Source of the DNA: Octopus bimaculoides
Taxonomy: Eukaryota
Assembly (NCBI RefSeq): GCF_001194135.2
Contig: NC_068987.1
Location: 104,454,833-104,518,832 of the forward strand
Length of the DNA stretch: 64,000 nucleotides
Direction: 5' to 3'
A program made the translations under genes and the position numbers. How positions within the stretch are numbered: position 1 is the stretch's first letter; each line of letters starts with the position of its first letter. Shown here piece by piece: positions 12,881 through 24,131 of this stretch. The notes under the pieces are model-generated. The model was not told the DNA's origin. It did no database searches and was given only the letters and a program-made list of their open reading frames with translations.

Positions 12881-13404
12881 AGTCCACGGTGAGTGTATGT
12901 ATGTATGTATGTATATATGTATGTATGTATGTATGTATGTACGTGTGATATATGTATGTATATGTGGNNNNNNNNNNNNNNNNNNNNNNNNNNNNNNNNN
13001 NNNNNNNNNNNNNNNNNNNNNNNNNNNNNNNNNNNNNNNNNNNNNNNNNNNNNNNNNNNNNNNNNNNNNNNNNNNNNNNNNNNNNNNNNNNNNNNNNNNN
13101 NNNNNNNNNNNNNNTGTATGTATGTATGTATGTATATATGTATGTATGTATGTATGTATGTACGTGTGATATATGTATGTATATGTGGTATATGTATGTA
13201 TGTGTAATGCATATCTATTTATAAACATATGTATATAAATAGATGATGATAATAATGATGATGATGATGATGATGACGACGACGACGACAACGACGACGA
13301 TGATGGTGGTGATGATGATGATGATGATGATGATGAGGAGGAGGAGGAGGAGGAGGAGGAGGAGGAGGAGAGGATACACTCTCTCGCCGAGAATGACATA
13401 TGAA

Positions 13405-13690
13405 CGTCCAGCTGTTCAATCAACTGAACAACTTACTCATTGAATATTCGTGTAAGTGGACGAGTATTCCACAGGCACGTGCACCCTTAACTGAATAGTA
13501 AAATAGAATCAGTGTGACAGGGCTTTGAATTACAAGTACATTCTCTCCGTCTATCCAACGTCGCTCACAAGACTTGGACTGACTCGCGGCTATCGTTAAA
13601 AAAGACAAAAAAGAAAATGCCATGAATTGGGATAGAACTTTGACTCTATAGATTGTGAAGCGAAATGTTTAACCACTTGGTTATGCTTCC
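13405..13690 (-). mobile_element. SINE family C, degenerate
   Basis: The reverse complement contains TTAAGGGTGCACGTGCCTGTGGAATACTC and GTGGTTAAA head remnants. Confidence 0.55.
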
Positions 13691-13775
13691 ATACATCTGT
13701 GTGTTTTGTGTGGTGGTGGTATGGTGTAGTGTGTGTGTGTGTGAGTGTGTATTGTGTGCATACATATATATATAA

Positions 13776-13822
<47 letters not shown>

Positions 13823-13827
13823 GCATA

Positions 13828-14445
13828 CAGGGTGCGATGGGCAAATTGTCGCCATTTTATATTTTTAATTTCACGCATGCACATTGTTTTTGAATTTGTC
13901 GACTACACAGTATAGTAGGGTCAGTTGGGCACCATCGGTGAGAAAAACAGCACCATGACGTAATTTGCTCTGCCAGAAATTTGTAAACGACATGCTGTAC
14001 TGCTTGGCATTCGCGCCGGAAGCTCCGATACAAACGTTCCAGAGTGTTTGGGTGTCAATCTGAGGATAGTCCAGAGGATTCAGAAAGAGTTGGATGAGTC
14101 TAATGGTGATTACAAAAGTACGGCAGCTCGGAAAACTCACTCCGATCGTTCTGATCAGAAAAGAACTCCTGAATTTGCTGGTGAGATCCAGGTCGTGATT
14201 GATAGCAATCCCTCCAAGTCAACCAGGTCCATTACCAGGGACATGGGTGTGTGTGAGTTTCTTATCAGGTAGGTAGTGCATGAAGACATTTGGTATTCCT
14301 CATACAAGACGAAAAAGGACCAATTTTTATCCCAAGCCATCAAGGATATGAAGAAAGACTGTGCTACAAAGCTCTTGAACAAACTCAAGCATCCCCTCTA
14401 ACATGCTTTGATTTTTTTCCAGAACAGAAAAATTTCTGCCACGTA
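13828..14445 (+). mobile_element. Tc1/mariner-superfamily (maT/DD37D-like) element, 5' part
   Basis: TA|CAGGGTG left terminus at 13828. The reading frame from ATG 13955 gives a transposase-like N-terminal DNA-binding region (RTPEFAGEIQVVIDSNPSKSTRSITRDMGV), disrupted by stops and truncated before the catalytic core. Confidence 0.7.
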
Positions 14446-14529
14446 CCTTCACTAAACTTCGCCGAATAAAGAGGAAAAACGAATATAAATAACATTAAAG
14501 TTTAGCATATAATAAATATTCTATAAATC

Positions 14530-14851
14530 TTTTATCTTTATCTTTTACTTGTTTCAATCATTAGTNNNNNNNNNNNNNNNNNNNNNNNNNNNNNNNNNNN
14601 NNNNNNNNNNNNNNNNNNNNNNNNNNNNNNNNNNNNNNNNNNNNNNNNNNNNNNNNNNNNNNNNNNNNNNNNNNNNNNNNNNNNNNNNNNNNNNNNNNNN
14701 NNNNNNNNNNNNNNNNNNNNNNNNNATTCACTGACAAGACATTAATCAGCCCGGAGCTACAGAAGAAGGTATTATACTAAAGTGCCACGTAGTGGAACTG
14801 AACCAGAAACCTTCTGATTGCAAAGCGAATTCCTTAACCGCGCAGCTATGC
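14530..14851 (-). mobile_element. SINE family B spanning a gap
   Basis: Tail CTTTTACTTGTTTCAATCATT lies left of the gap and head remnants (GTGCCACGTAGTGGAACTGAACC) lie right of it. Confidence 0.65.
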
Positions 14852-14896
14852 CTACATCTATAATAAAGATGATTTGTAATTATTACTTCGTAATTA

Positions 14897-15113
14897 AAGG
14901 CGGGGAGCTGACAGAATCGTTAGAGCGCCGGGCGAAATGCTTAGCGTTATTTTCCCTGACTCTACGTTCTGAATTCAAATTCCACCGAGATCGAATTTGC
15001 CTTTCATCCTTTCGGGATCGATTAAGTAAGTACCAGTTACGCACTGGGGTCAATGTAATTGACTTAATCTCCTCCTCAAGCTGCCCTTGTGGCAGAAATT
15101 TGAAATCATTATT
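14897..15113 (+). mobile_element. tRNA-derived SINE family A, full length
   Basis: GGCGGGGAGCTGACAGAATCGTTAG head, B-box-like GAATTCAAATTCC, body CTTTCATCCTTTCGGG and tail GCCCTTGTGGCAGAAATTTGAAATCATTATT. Confidence 0.9.
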
Positions 15114-15124
15114 TAGTAATTGAA

Positions 15125-15325
15125 AGAGGTGGTGAGCTGGCAGAATCGTTAACACACCGGGCAAAAAGCTTAGTCTTTGCGTTCTGAGTTCGAATTCTGC
15201 CAAGGACGACCTTGCCTTTCATTCTTTCGGGATAGATAAAATAAGTACCAGCTAAGTGCTGGGGTCGTTCTTATCAACTAGTCCCCCCCCCACTCCACTC
15301 AAATTTCAAATAGAAAAGGATTATT
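15125..15325 (+). mobile_element. SINE family A, tandem to the previous copy
   Basis: GGTGGTGAGCTGGCAGAATCGTTAAC head, GTTCGAATTC box, AGAAAAGGATTATT tail. Confidence 0.85.
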
Positions 15326-15925
15326 TAGTAATTTGCAAATAAATTGAATAAATTTGTCATAATCTAAGTAAGGACAATAAGATCTCAATAGAGTCTTTCA
15401 GCAAACCAGTTTCAGTTAACGATTATAATCATCGGTAAATCCGCCATAATGTTCAACTATCATACAGTGATTAATCAATTACAATTAAATAATTAACAAA
15501 CAATCTAACTTAGACGGGCAGACATGAGTGAGATGATGGAAATTTTGAAATGTTGACAGAGTAAACACGTCCGGAAACACGCGGGCACGCACGTGTGCAC
15601 ACAGGCACACATACGCACACATCGATAACTATGCATGTGCGCGTGTGTGCATATATATATGCAATGTGTGAGTATGTGTATGTATATATATGTGTGTATA
15701 TATATATAGAAGCGTAAAGTTTTACACACAACATGCAGCTATATATGAGGGCAAGGTGTTCGTGTATACATACATACATACATACATACATACATGCAAA
15801 TAACTCTTTTCCACTAGTTAAGCTACAATTTAATCTGTATTACATGAAGTTATTCCTGAAACAAAAACAGATATAAAATATCAAATTTAGCCCGAACACC
15901 TTATACACACGTACGCGCGCGCAAA

Positions 15926-15960
<35 letters not shown>

Positions 15961-15994
15961 CCACACACACACACAACCACACACACACACACAC

Positions 15995-16035
<41 letters not shown>

Positions 16036-16569
16036 TTCATTCTCTCACACACACCCACAGAAAGAAAGGAAAAAGAGGCGAAGAACAGTGGGACAAATAG
16101 GTGTTAGCCAGTTACTAAGAAACTTACATACATAAATGCTTACATGCATACATGCATCTATGCATACATGCATCTATGCATACATGCATGCATCTATACC
16201 TGCATCTATGTATGCATACATATGCATTGATCTCTTGTATAATTTCAAAGTTGACAAGAAGAATGATATTGAAGAGATGAAAAGGAAATATTGATTCCCA
16301 ACTATGAATGAATGTTCACCTGTGTTTTGCTTTGTGGTGTTGTCTGGTGTGGCATGGTGTGTATTTGTTTGTGTGTGTGTGTGTGTGTGAGTGTGTGTGT
16401 ATGTGCGTGTTTGCGTACGTGTATGTGTGTGTGTATACGTGCGCGTGTGTGTAAGTTTTGTAGAATAAATAAGAGAAGTATATATTTTCTTAAATATGTT
16501 TCAATCGAAAGTTACAGAAGTGACCGACAGTTGAGTTTCCGGGAGGCACGTGTGTATGTGTATGTGTAT

Positions 16570-16615
<46 letters not shown>

Positions 16616-16801
16616 ATGTGTGTGTTTGCATGCATGTCAGTTGCGTACGCGGGCGTGTATGCTTGTGTGTGTGCGTGTGTGTGCGTGCGTGTGTGTGCGC
16701 GCGTGCGTATGAGTGTGTGAGGGAGAGAGAGTGTGTTTATGTATGCACATGTATGTGCATGTTCATCTCGATAAAAAGGGGCTGTAAGAGCAACAAGTTT
16801 A

Positions 16802-16876
16802 CCTATGTATCCCTATATATCCCTATGTATCCCTATATATCCCTATGTATCCCTATATATCCTTATGTATCCCTAT
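16802..16876 (+). repeat. 10-bp minisatellite (CCCTATRTAT)n
   Basis: About 7.5 units with G and A alternating at one position. Confidence 0.95.
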
Positions 16877-17037
16877 TTTTTGTTTGGCTAGAATGAAAGG
16901 TAAGGTTAATCTCAATATCGAGTTTGCTTCTATGTGATTGCTCAAACTATCAGAAATGGCAACCAAATCTGTCTTAAATTACAAACTGCTGCGTTAAAAA
17001 AAAGAATACAGAATACATTAGGTAGTCATAAATATCC

Positions 17038-17418
17038 TGGCACTCCGTCGCTTACGACGACGTGGGTCCCAGTTGCTCCTGAGATTAACGTGCAGGTGGC
17101 TGATCACTCCACAGACACGGATTGGTCGGCCCGAGGTTATAGTACAAGACACTTGCCCAAGGTATCAGGTGGTGGGACTGAACCCGGAACCATGTGGTTG
17201 AGAAGCAAACTTCATACCATTCAGGGAGATTCAGCGTGACACAGAGTGTGACAAGACTGGCCCCTTGAAATACAGGTACAACTCATTTTTGCCAACTGAG
17301 TGGACTAGAGCAACGTAAAATAAAGTGTCTTGCTCGAAGACACATCACACTGCCCGGAATCGAACTCGCGACTGTACGATCGCAAGTCGAATACCCTAAC
17401 CACTAATCCACGCGCCTT
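17038..17418 (-). mobile_element. SINE family C carrying an internal family B fragment (17120-17220)
   Basis: The flanks match the 6347 and 40364 copies in reverse; the middle 101 nt match the family B head. Confidence 0.85.
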
Positions 17419-17615
17419 TACAGTCATAAATATACTATGTTTGAAAAGGAAGAGTGGTCATGTTCGGAATATCTTTAACAGCAGATCGGCTCATGGATTT
17501 AAACAACAAAAAAGAAAACAGCATTAAAAATATCAATTTAAACCAGTGGCCTAGCATATTGAAAAAAATCTGAAGATTCAGAAAATTATACTACATACAT
17601 ATAAGAGGAATGACC

Positions 17616-17970
17616 ACTAGGTGGTCTTCGGCTTCGCCGCGCCAAAACGAAGACATTTGAAATATACCCCAAATATAATTGATAGAACTGTATGCATGTT
17701 CTCTCTCGGGAGGACGTCTCGTGTATAGTTCTGCAGCTCATATTTTCCATGACGGTCACACTGAGGATTTGCAGACATTTACGTAATGTAAATGGTAACA
17801 ATGAAATCATGGTATGTGACTAATCATTATATTTTGTATCTTTTCATTTGTCTTGCTCGCTTTACGTTCTGGCGTTTGCTGAAATTCCTTGAGAACAATT
17901 TTTCTTAGTTGTCAGACCATATGGGGTCTACTTTTAGCATATTAGGAATCCACTTAGTAGTTATTCATCT
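17616..17970 (-). mobile_element. Possible non-autonomous Helitron 3' terminus
   Basis: On the minus strand, a GC-rich hairpin CGGC-GAA-GCCG is followed 8 nt later by CTAG|T. The 5' TC terminus was not located. Confidence 0.3.
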
Positions 17971-18049
17971 TATATGTATGTAATATGTATATGTATATAT
18001 ATATATGCATATATAAATGTATATATATATGTATACATATATATGTATG

Positions 18050-18092
<43 letters not shown>

Positions 18093-18121
18093 ATACATAC
18101 TGTTGTATTTCGGGATGGTCA

Positions 18122-18381
18122 TTTTTTTTTTGCCAAATAAACATACGCACTATAAATTCGTTCTTCACTCGTTTATTACTGTTCTGATTCTAATTCATGT
18201 CCATTGTCCAGAAATCTTTCGTCACACATCTGTGCTTATTCCATTCTGGAATAAGCAGAGAAAAGAGCACACATGAAGCCGGAAAGTGTCGCTGAGGAGG
18301 TCACAGATATGTGACAATAGATTTCCGGACAATGGACATGAGTTAGAATCGTGTGTTTATTTAGCAAAAAAAAAAAAAAAA
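18122..18381. repeat. Inverted repeat (foldback)
   Basis: 18186-18234 and the reverse complement of 18302-18350 match at 44 of 49 nt; there is further homology at 18122-18146 versus 18351-18381. Confidence 0.85.
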
Positions 18382-18498
18382 NNNNNNNNNNNNNNNNNNN
18401 NNNNNNNNNNNNNNNNNNNNNNNNNNNNNNNNNNNNNNNNNNNNNNNNNNNNNNNNNNNNNNNNNNNNNNNNNNNNNNNNNNNNNNNNNNNNNNNNNN

Positions 18499-18533
<35 letters not shown>

Positions 18534-19369
18534 ATCATTTATATGTATTGTATCCAATCTCATTTATACGCTCATTATCATACGCACGTGCAAATATATG
18601 TGTACATATCTCAGCGCAATTGTGTTTGTGTATGTTTACACCTTGTTTGAAAGTACGTTTGATTTAACATGAATCTTTAATCCAAGTATTAGCACGAACA
18701 TATTTGCTATTGTTGTTGTAACCTTTGGAGTGAACCCGGATCCAGCTGATCTATGATGAAGAGCATTTCAACCACAACAGCACTGCTTGTCTATTTGGTG
18801 GGGCTGACAGTAGGCTTGGCAGTAGGCTTGCATGGTTTAAAGCGTCTTTGTTGATTAAGATGATGTGAGTTAAGGGAGATTTAGTTACTATTTCTAACAG
18901 GCCGAGCGACCGCGAAGAATCTACCTGACACAGTGCAGGTTATAAAAAGCTTTAGGTCTTATAGATTAGCGTTTTGACTGCATTTAGTTTTGTTTGTTCT
19001 GAATCAAGTGTTATTTGAATCGATTTCGTCTTTTATACCACGTAAATATATTAAAGAAATTATTATAATATATTGATCTGCACCTCTCACCCCCTAGCTC
19101 CACACTATGAAAATTTGTATTGTGAAAAACATCGATCCTTGTATAATTTTTTTGATTCACTACATTATGTAAGATAAACCAAATGACTTTGCACCAACTT
19201 CGGCGTTGAGGCTCGATTGTTCGATAGACTTCATTGCCTGCTCATTGAATAAACATCAGTGGTCGACTATGGCACAGACACGTCTATCGTTAATGTAATC
19301 ATCCGGATAGAATTAATATTATACAGTGTGACAAGGCTGTAGCTTTGAATTACATGTACAATCCAACTG

Positions 19370-19520
19370 ATGGGCTTCTGCACAGTTTCCATGTCCCCAG
19401 TTTCACTCATAAAACCTGCGTCAAACTGAGGCATTGTTAAAAGATAATCGCCCTAGATGTCACGTAGTGAGATCGAGCTCGGGATCATGAAGTTAACTTT
19501 TTAACCGGTTTAGTTATGCT
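19370..19520 (-). mobile_element. SINE family B head, degenerate
   Basis: GGGCTTCTGCACAGTTTCC and TGTCACGTAGTGAGATCGA resemble the family B head in reverse. Confidence 0.5.
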
Positions 19521-19599
19521 ACGTCCAGGTTGCCTTATGCACGTTAACTTCCAATTTCTGCTAAACCACCACCCACCTATAACAAGAAATGATAATTTC

Positions 19600-19860
19600 T
19601 TGGACAAGCACAAGGATTGGAAACACGAGGGAGGAGTTAGTCGATGCCATGTACTCAGTATTCAATAGTACTTTTTTTATTAACTTCGAATGCATGCAAT
19701 GTAAGGATGATCCTGTAAGAATTTGAACTCAGGAAACAGAGAACTATTTTATCAACAACGAAAGGATGACCTCGGACGGTGGAATATTTTCAGAACGTAA
19801 AAAGCCGAAATAAATACCGCTGGGCATTTTATCCAGAGCGCTAATGATTCCACCAACTGC
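19600..19860 (-). mobile_element. Two degenerate tandem SINE family A copies
   Basis: GAATTTGAACTCAG and CAGAACGTAAAAGCCG...AATACCGCT...GCTAATGATTCC remnants. Confidence 0.5.
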
Positions 19861-20049
19861 ATCGTTTTAGTTTTCTTCTCCAACCGTTACCACCTTCTTA
19901 CGCTAATACTTCATACCTCCTCCCGATCTTCCTCTTCTACCTTTCCTTGCTGTCATTTGCCAATTAATTACAACAGATGCAAGTTAAAAGATAGTAGTTC
20001 GAACTCGATTATTTTCTTTTGAAATTGTAGCATGAAATTCGGACACATG

Positions 20050-20830
20050 TCTTGCTCAGTTTCTGCTTGGGTTAACTCCTTGTGGAGCGGAAGGGTTTTG
20101 TTTCTTTCCTGTTTGGTTCCGGTTGTATGCCATCTCAAATCGACTCTTCATTGTCACAAGACGATCAGACGCTACTAATGGGGACACCTTGATTGTTGGC
20201 TTCTGGCATCGTGGATGTGACGATTTCTCTTACTATCCTACAAGCTACAATAGACGGCGTATTCTGGAGACAGTAGTTCTGGAGACAGTAGTTCTGGAGA
20301 CAGTAGTTCTGGAGACAGTAGTTTCTGGGACTTGCTGTTATTGATAGTTCTGCTGTAAAAAACTTTTCGACTTTCGCTGCCTCTCCAGCTCCTCTGGGTT
20401 GAAAACCCAGAAGTGACCCTTAATTTCTTCCATGCGTGTAATAACTAGACTTGCTTTCTGTTCCATTATTCTTATCACCATTTTCTCAGCAACCATGACG
20501 GCGGTAGCTCTGAGATTATTTAGTCGTCTTTGGGTGAGGAAAGGGTCACCAGGACATGTCTATACAGACCCCTTCCCAACCGCATATCATTCCTCGTCAT
20601 TTCGGCGCTCACCCACCTTCCCTTTTTTGTATTGCAATGATGATGAGTCAAGTATTATCCATGTTGCTTCCAGTATCCTTTGTCTGATACTTGATCCCGA
20701 GTCATGTATTATGGCACGAAAGTGAGGGAAGATCCAGGTTTTTCGGGCACCAGTTGGGCCTGCTGGTTTGCGTTGTTCTCTGGTTTCAACACCAGAAACA
20801 TACTTCCGTGTGCTTAGATCGTGCCACACA
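20050..20830 (-). mobile_element. Possible decayed LINE ORF1 remnant containing a 15-bp tandem repeat
   Basis: GC-richer, coding-like composition with broken frames; (CTGGAGACAGTAGTT)x4 at about 20264-20323. Family assignment is weak. Confidence 0.25.
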
Positions 20831-20971
20831 TCGCGTAGGGGTTCATTTATCTATTCATTTGAAAGTATGTGGAAGCCCTTTCTAGACTTCACGAATTCAT
20901 AATTCAGAACGCAAGGAACCAGGACAAATTTCGCAAAGCATTTTCGTTGATGTTGTAATAATTCTACTTCT

Positions 20972-21080
20972 CTTTTATCGACCTCGAAAGTATGAAAGAT
21001 TAAGTTCACCTCGGCCGACGAGATTTGAACGCAAAGAGCCAGAGCGAGACATTTTGTCCAACACTCTAACAATCCCGCCA
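20972..21080 (-). mobile_element. SINE family A, degenerate
   Basis: TTTTATCGACCTCGAAAGTATGAAAG...ATTTGAAC matches family A in reverse. Confidence 0.55.
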
Positions 21081-21449
21081 TGCGCGTCGTTTTACTTTGT
21101 TCTCCATCCGACGCCACCACCTTCTTGCACTAACACTTCCTACTTCCTCCTTCGACGCCGTTCGATGAACTCCACACATTGATCAAGTCTCCTTCGAAAG
21201 CACATCAAAAGCCCCTCTCGTTTCCGAGTAGAAGAGCTCTGTTTCTTTCCTCTTAACTCTTTCCTAATCAAGCAGGGAGGAAGAATATATTTATGACACA
21301 TCTCTCATTTCTATTTCTTTTAGAACCGAAGGTTTTTTCTAAAATCTCTCTTCTGCTGATTATATTAGCAAAACTTATGTTGATACGATCTCCGCCATTC
21401 AAATTTTGGTCATTGTCAATTACTGTTTCCACAAAGCTAGTCGTTTCTA

Positions 21450-21676
21450 TTGGTTGTCCGGAAAGTCCGTGCCGAGTTTTAAAGGAAAGAAAAAGGTCAA
21501 TAAATACTTGCCATTACATTTTTAATCAACCAAATATGAACCATTTTGTTGCACATTGCGTCTCCATCTTTCCTTTAACTTGAAAATACCCTCTTCCCAG
21601 AATTGAGGTGGTTTCATGGCAAATAAGTCGAGAGGTAAGCTACTATAAATCGGCACGAACTTTCCGGGCAACCAAA
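21450..21676 (-). mobile_element. mariner-derived MITE (227 bp) with TIRs and TA flanks
   Basis: Left TIR TTGGTTGTCCGGAAAGTCCGTGCCGA and right TIR (reverse complement) TTTGGTTGCCCGGAAAGTTCGTGCCGA, with TA at 21448 and 21677. The interior encodes the mariner C-terminus FWEEGIFKLKERWRRNVQQNGSY on the minus strand. Confidence 0.85.
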
Positions 21677-22779
21677 TAAAATTATCGCTTTTTTGTGTAT
21701 TTACTTTCAGAGAGCAAATATCTGATAATTTGTTTAACTCTATTCTGTTATCTTTTCCTCTTTTTTTCATATATGTTAAACTTTTGTGGGGCGTATCCCT
21801 CTTCGTCTACCATCAATACAACTACAAATGCCATGCCATTTTAGAACGTGTTAAAAATTATCAACTAAAATTTCTTCAATGTCTTTTCCTTTTCAAAACA
21901 TGCAGAAATAGACATCTCACAGCCACCTCCACGCAACAGGTCTGTAAGATACGACACAAAAACAATTCAACTTTGTAAGGAAGTGGATGATAATTTCAGA
22001 ACTCACGCATTTCGCAGTAGGCAACAATTTGAAAGGATATTATATCTGGTCCCTAATTTTTCTTTTTTAAATGCTTTATATATGCAAGTCGGATGTGGCT
22101 TTAAGGAAACTACATGGTTTCAGGTTTGGTTTAATAGCGCGACATTTTGGACCAGTGATTAGCAAGTGCAACTGGCATGCGAAAACTTTTCTACGGAAGC
22201 TCGTCTCGTGGGCTCCCTTCTATTTTATCTGCTTTCCTCTTTTCTTCCTCCGCTCAATCTTTCTTGGACTTTACTTTGTTATCCGATGGAAGATTATGTC
22301 CCAAAAGTTATACCTTTACTCAATATCTTTTATTCCTTCCTTGAGTAGTCAATATGATATTAACTGCAAACGTCCCTTGTACTGTTGTTGATCTTTATAT
22401 TTGCTTCGCTCTCTCTCTCTCTCTCTCTCCCTTATCCTCTCTCTCCCTCACCTTCTCTTTCTCCCCCCTCTCTCTCTCACACACACACATATATATATAC
22501 ATATATTTATGTATATGTGTGTATGTACGTGCGTGTGTGTATGTATGTAGGTAAATAAACAGAAATAATGGGTATTTATTTATCAAAGGCTCACAGCTGT
22601 TTTGGTGCGTTCATGGTTCAGCCAGAGAATATAGGGAACTTAAAACTATCTACTAGTTCCTTTTATTTTCTGTTAATCAAATTGATCGCCAACAATTCAC
22701 ATATACATGAACAACAACGTAAACGTAAGCATAGATAGTCACTAACAACATAATCCCCCCTCTATTTATTTATTTCCTT

Positions 22780-22827
<48 letters not shown>

Positions 22828-22846
22828 AAACACAAAGCACATATAT

Positions 22847-22880
<34 letters not shown>

Positions 22881-23294
22881 ATATGTATGTATATATATGT
22901 ATGTGTGTATATTTATATAGTTGTTATTTTAAAGCAAGTTTAAATATACCAACAGAACGTCTTATGATGGGAGAACTCAGTAACGAATGTAGAGTCAAGT
23001 CTTATTATAAAATTCGCTTTGACTGTGGTATCAGGTATCTCCCAACGGTTTACTCAATAAATCANNNNNNNNNNNNNNNNNNNNNNNNNNNNNNNNNNNN
23101 NNNNNNNNNNNNNNNNNNNNNNNNNNNNNNNNNNNNNNNNNNNNNNNNNNNNNNNNNNNNNNNNNNNNNNNNNNNNNNNNNNNNNNNNNNNNNNNNNNNN
23201 NNNNNNNNNNNNNNNNNNNNNNNNNNNNNNNNNNNNNNNNNNNNNNNNNNNNNNNNNNNNNNNNNNNNNNNNNNNNNNNNNNNNNNNNNNNNNN

Positions 23295-23330
<36 letters not shown>

Positions 23331-23499
23331 TGTATGTATGTATGTATGTATGATTATCGTGCTGAAATGGTATTTGCCACAGATATGTTGGCGATGCTCT
23401 TCACTTTTCCATTCCATGTTGTGTTTGTACTTAAGTTTTAACTGTTGTGTATGTATATATATATAGAATTTGTATATAGACACACATACAGGTTCAATT

Positions 23500-23657
23500 T
23501 CTATACAATCTCCGCTTAGCAAATTTCAGTCACAACGTGTACTACTCAAACGAAAGCTATACTAGAAGACACTTGCCCAATCCACTGCGAAGTCTAGTCT
23601 AATAGAACCACAAAATACGTGATTGCTAAGCGAACTTCTTAATTACAGATTCATGTC
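23500..23657 (-). mobile_element. SINE family B head, degenerate
   Basis: GCTATACTAGAAGACACTTGCCCAA matches family B in reverse. Confidence 0.55.
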
Positions 23658-23929
23658 TCTGTGAGTAGGTATGCCTCTATCTTTCGTTGATGCATATCAG
23701 CAAAGTATATAAAGGTTAGTGAATGATGTAAAGACATAAAACGAAAGAATGGAAACGTGTACCTTTACGAACGAAGTAGCTTGCAATAGTTGTTCGCAAC
23801 TGAGTAATAGACACTCCCTCGTCACCCACACTACGAAGAATACATTGAATCTATTACTGACCTGTAGAAAATCTGAAATCAATGTTACATATAATATAAT
23901 ATAATATATAATACATAAACACACACACA

Positions 23930-24131
23930 TTTTGATTCTTTTACTTGATTCAATCATTAGACTTCGGCCATTCTGGGACACTACCTTGATCAGTTTAGTC
24001 GAAAAAAATCCCCCTCCCCAGTACTTATCTTAGCGATCTCTTTTACTAAACGGAGACGTAAACAAACCAACACTAGTTGTCAAGCGGTGAGAGTGACATA
24101 CACAAATACAAAGACACCCACGCATATATAT
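23930..24131 (-). mobile_element. SINE family B 3' half
   Basis: CTTTTACTTGATTCAATCATTAGAC tail and GTTGTCAAGCGGTG body, ending in a TA repeat and a gap. Confidence 0.7.

Noticed and set aside
12895-13205. Duplicated TATG-rich segment on both sides of a gap
   Set aside because: Probably overlapping contig ends left unmerged.
13240-13372. Poly-Ser/Pro/His/Met/Arg ORFs
   Set aside because: A compound (GAT)(GAC)(GAG) trinucleotide array with no splice or coding context.
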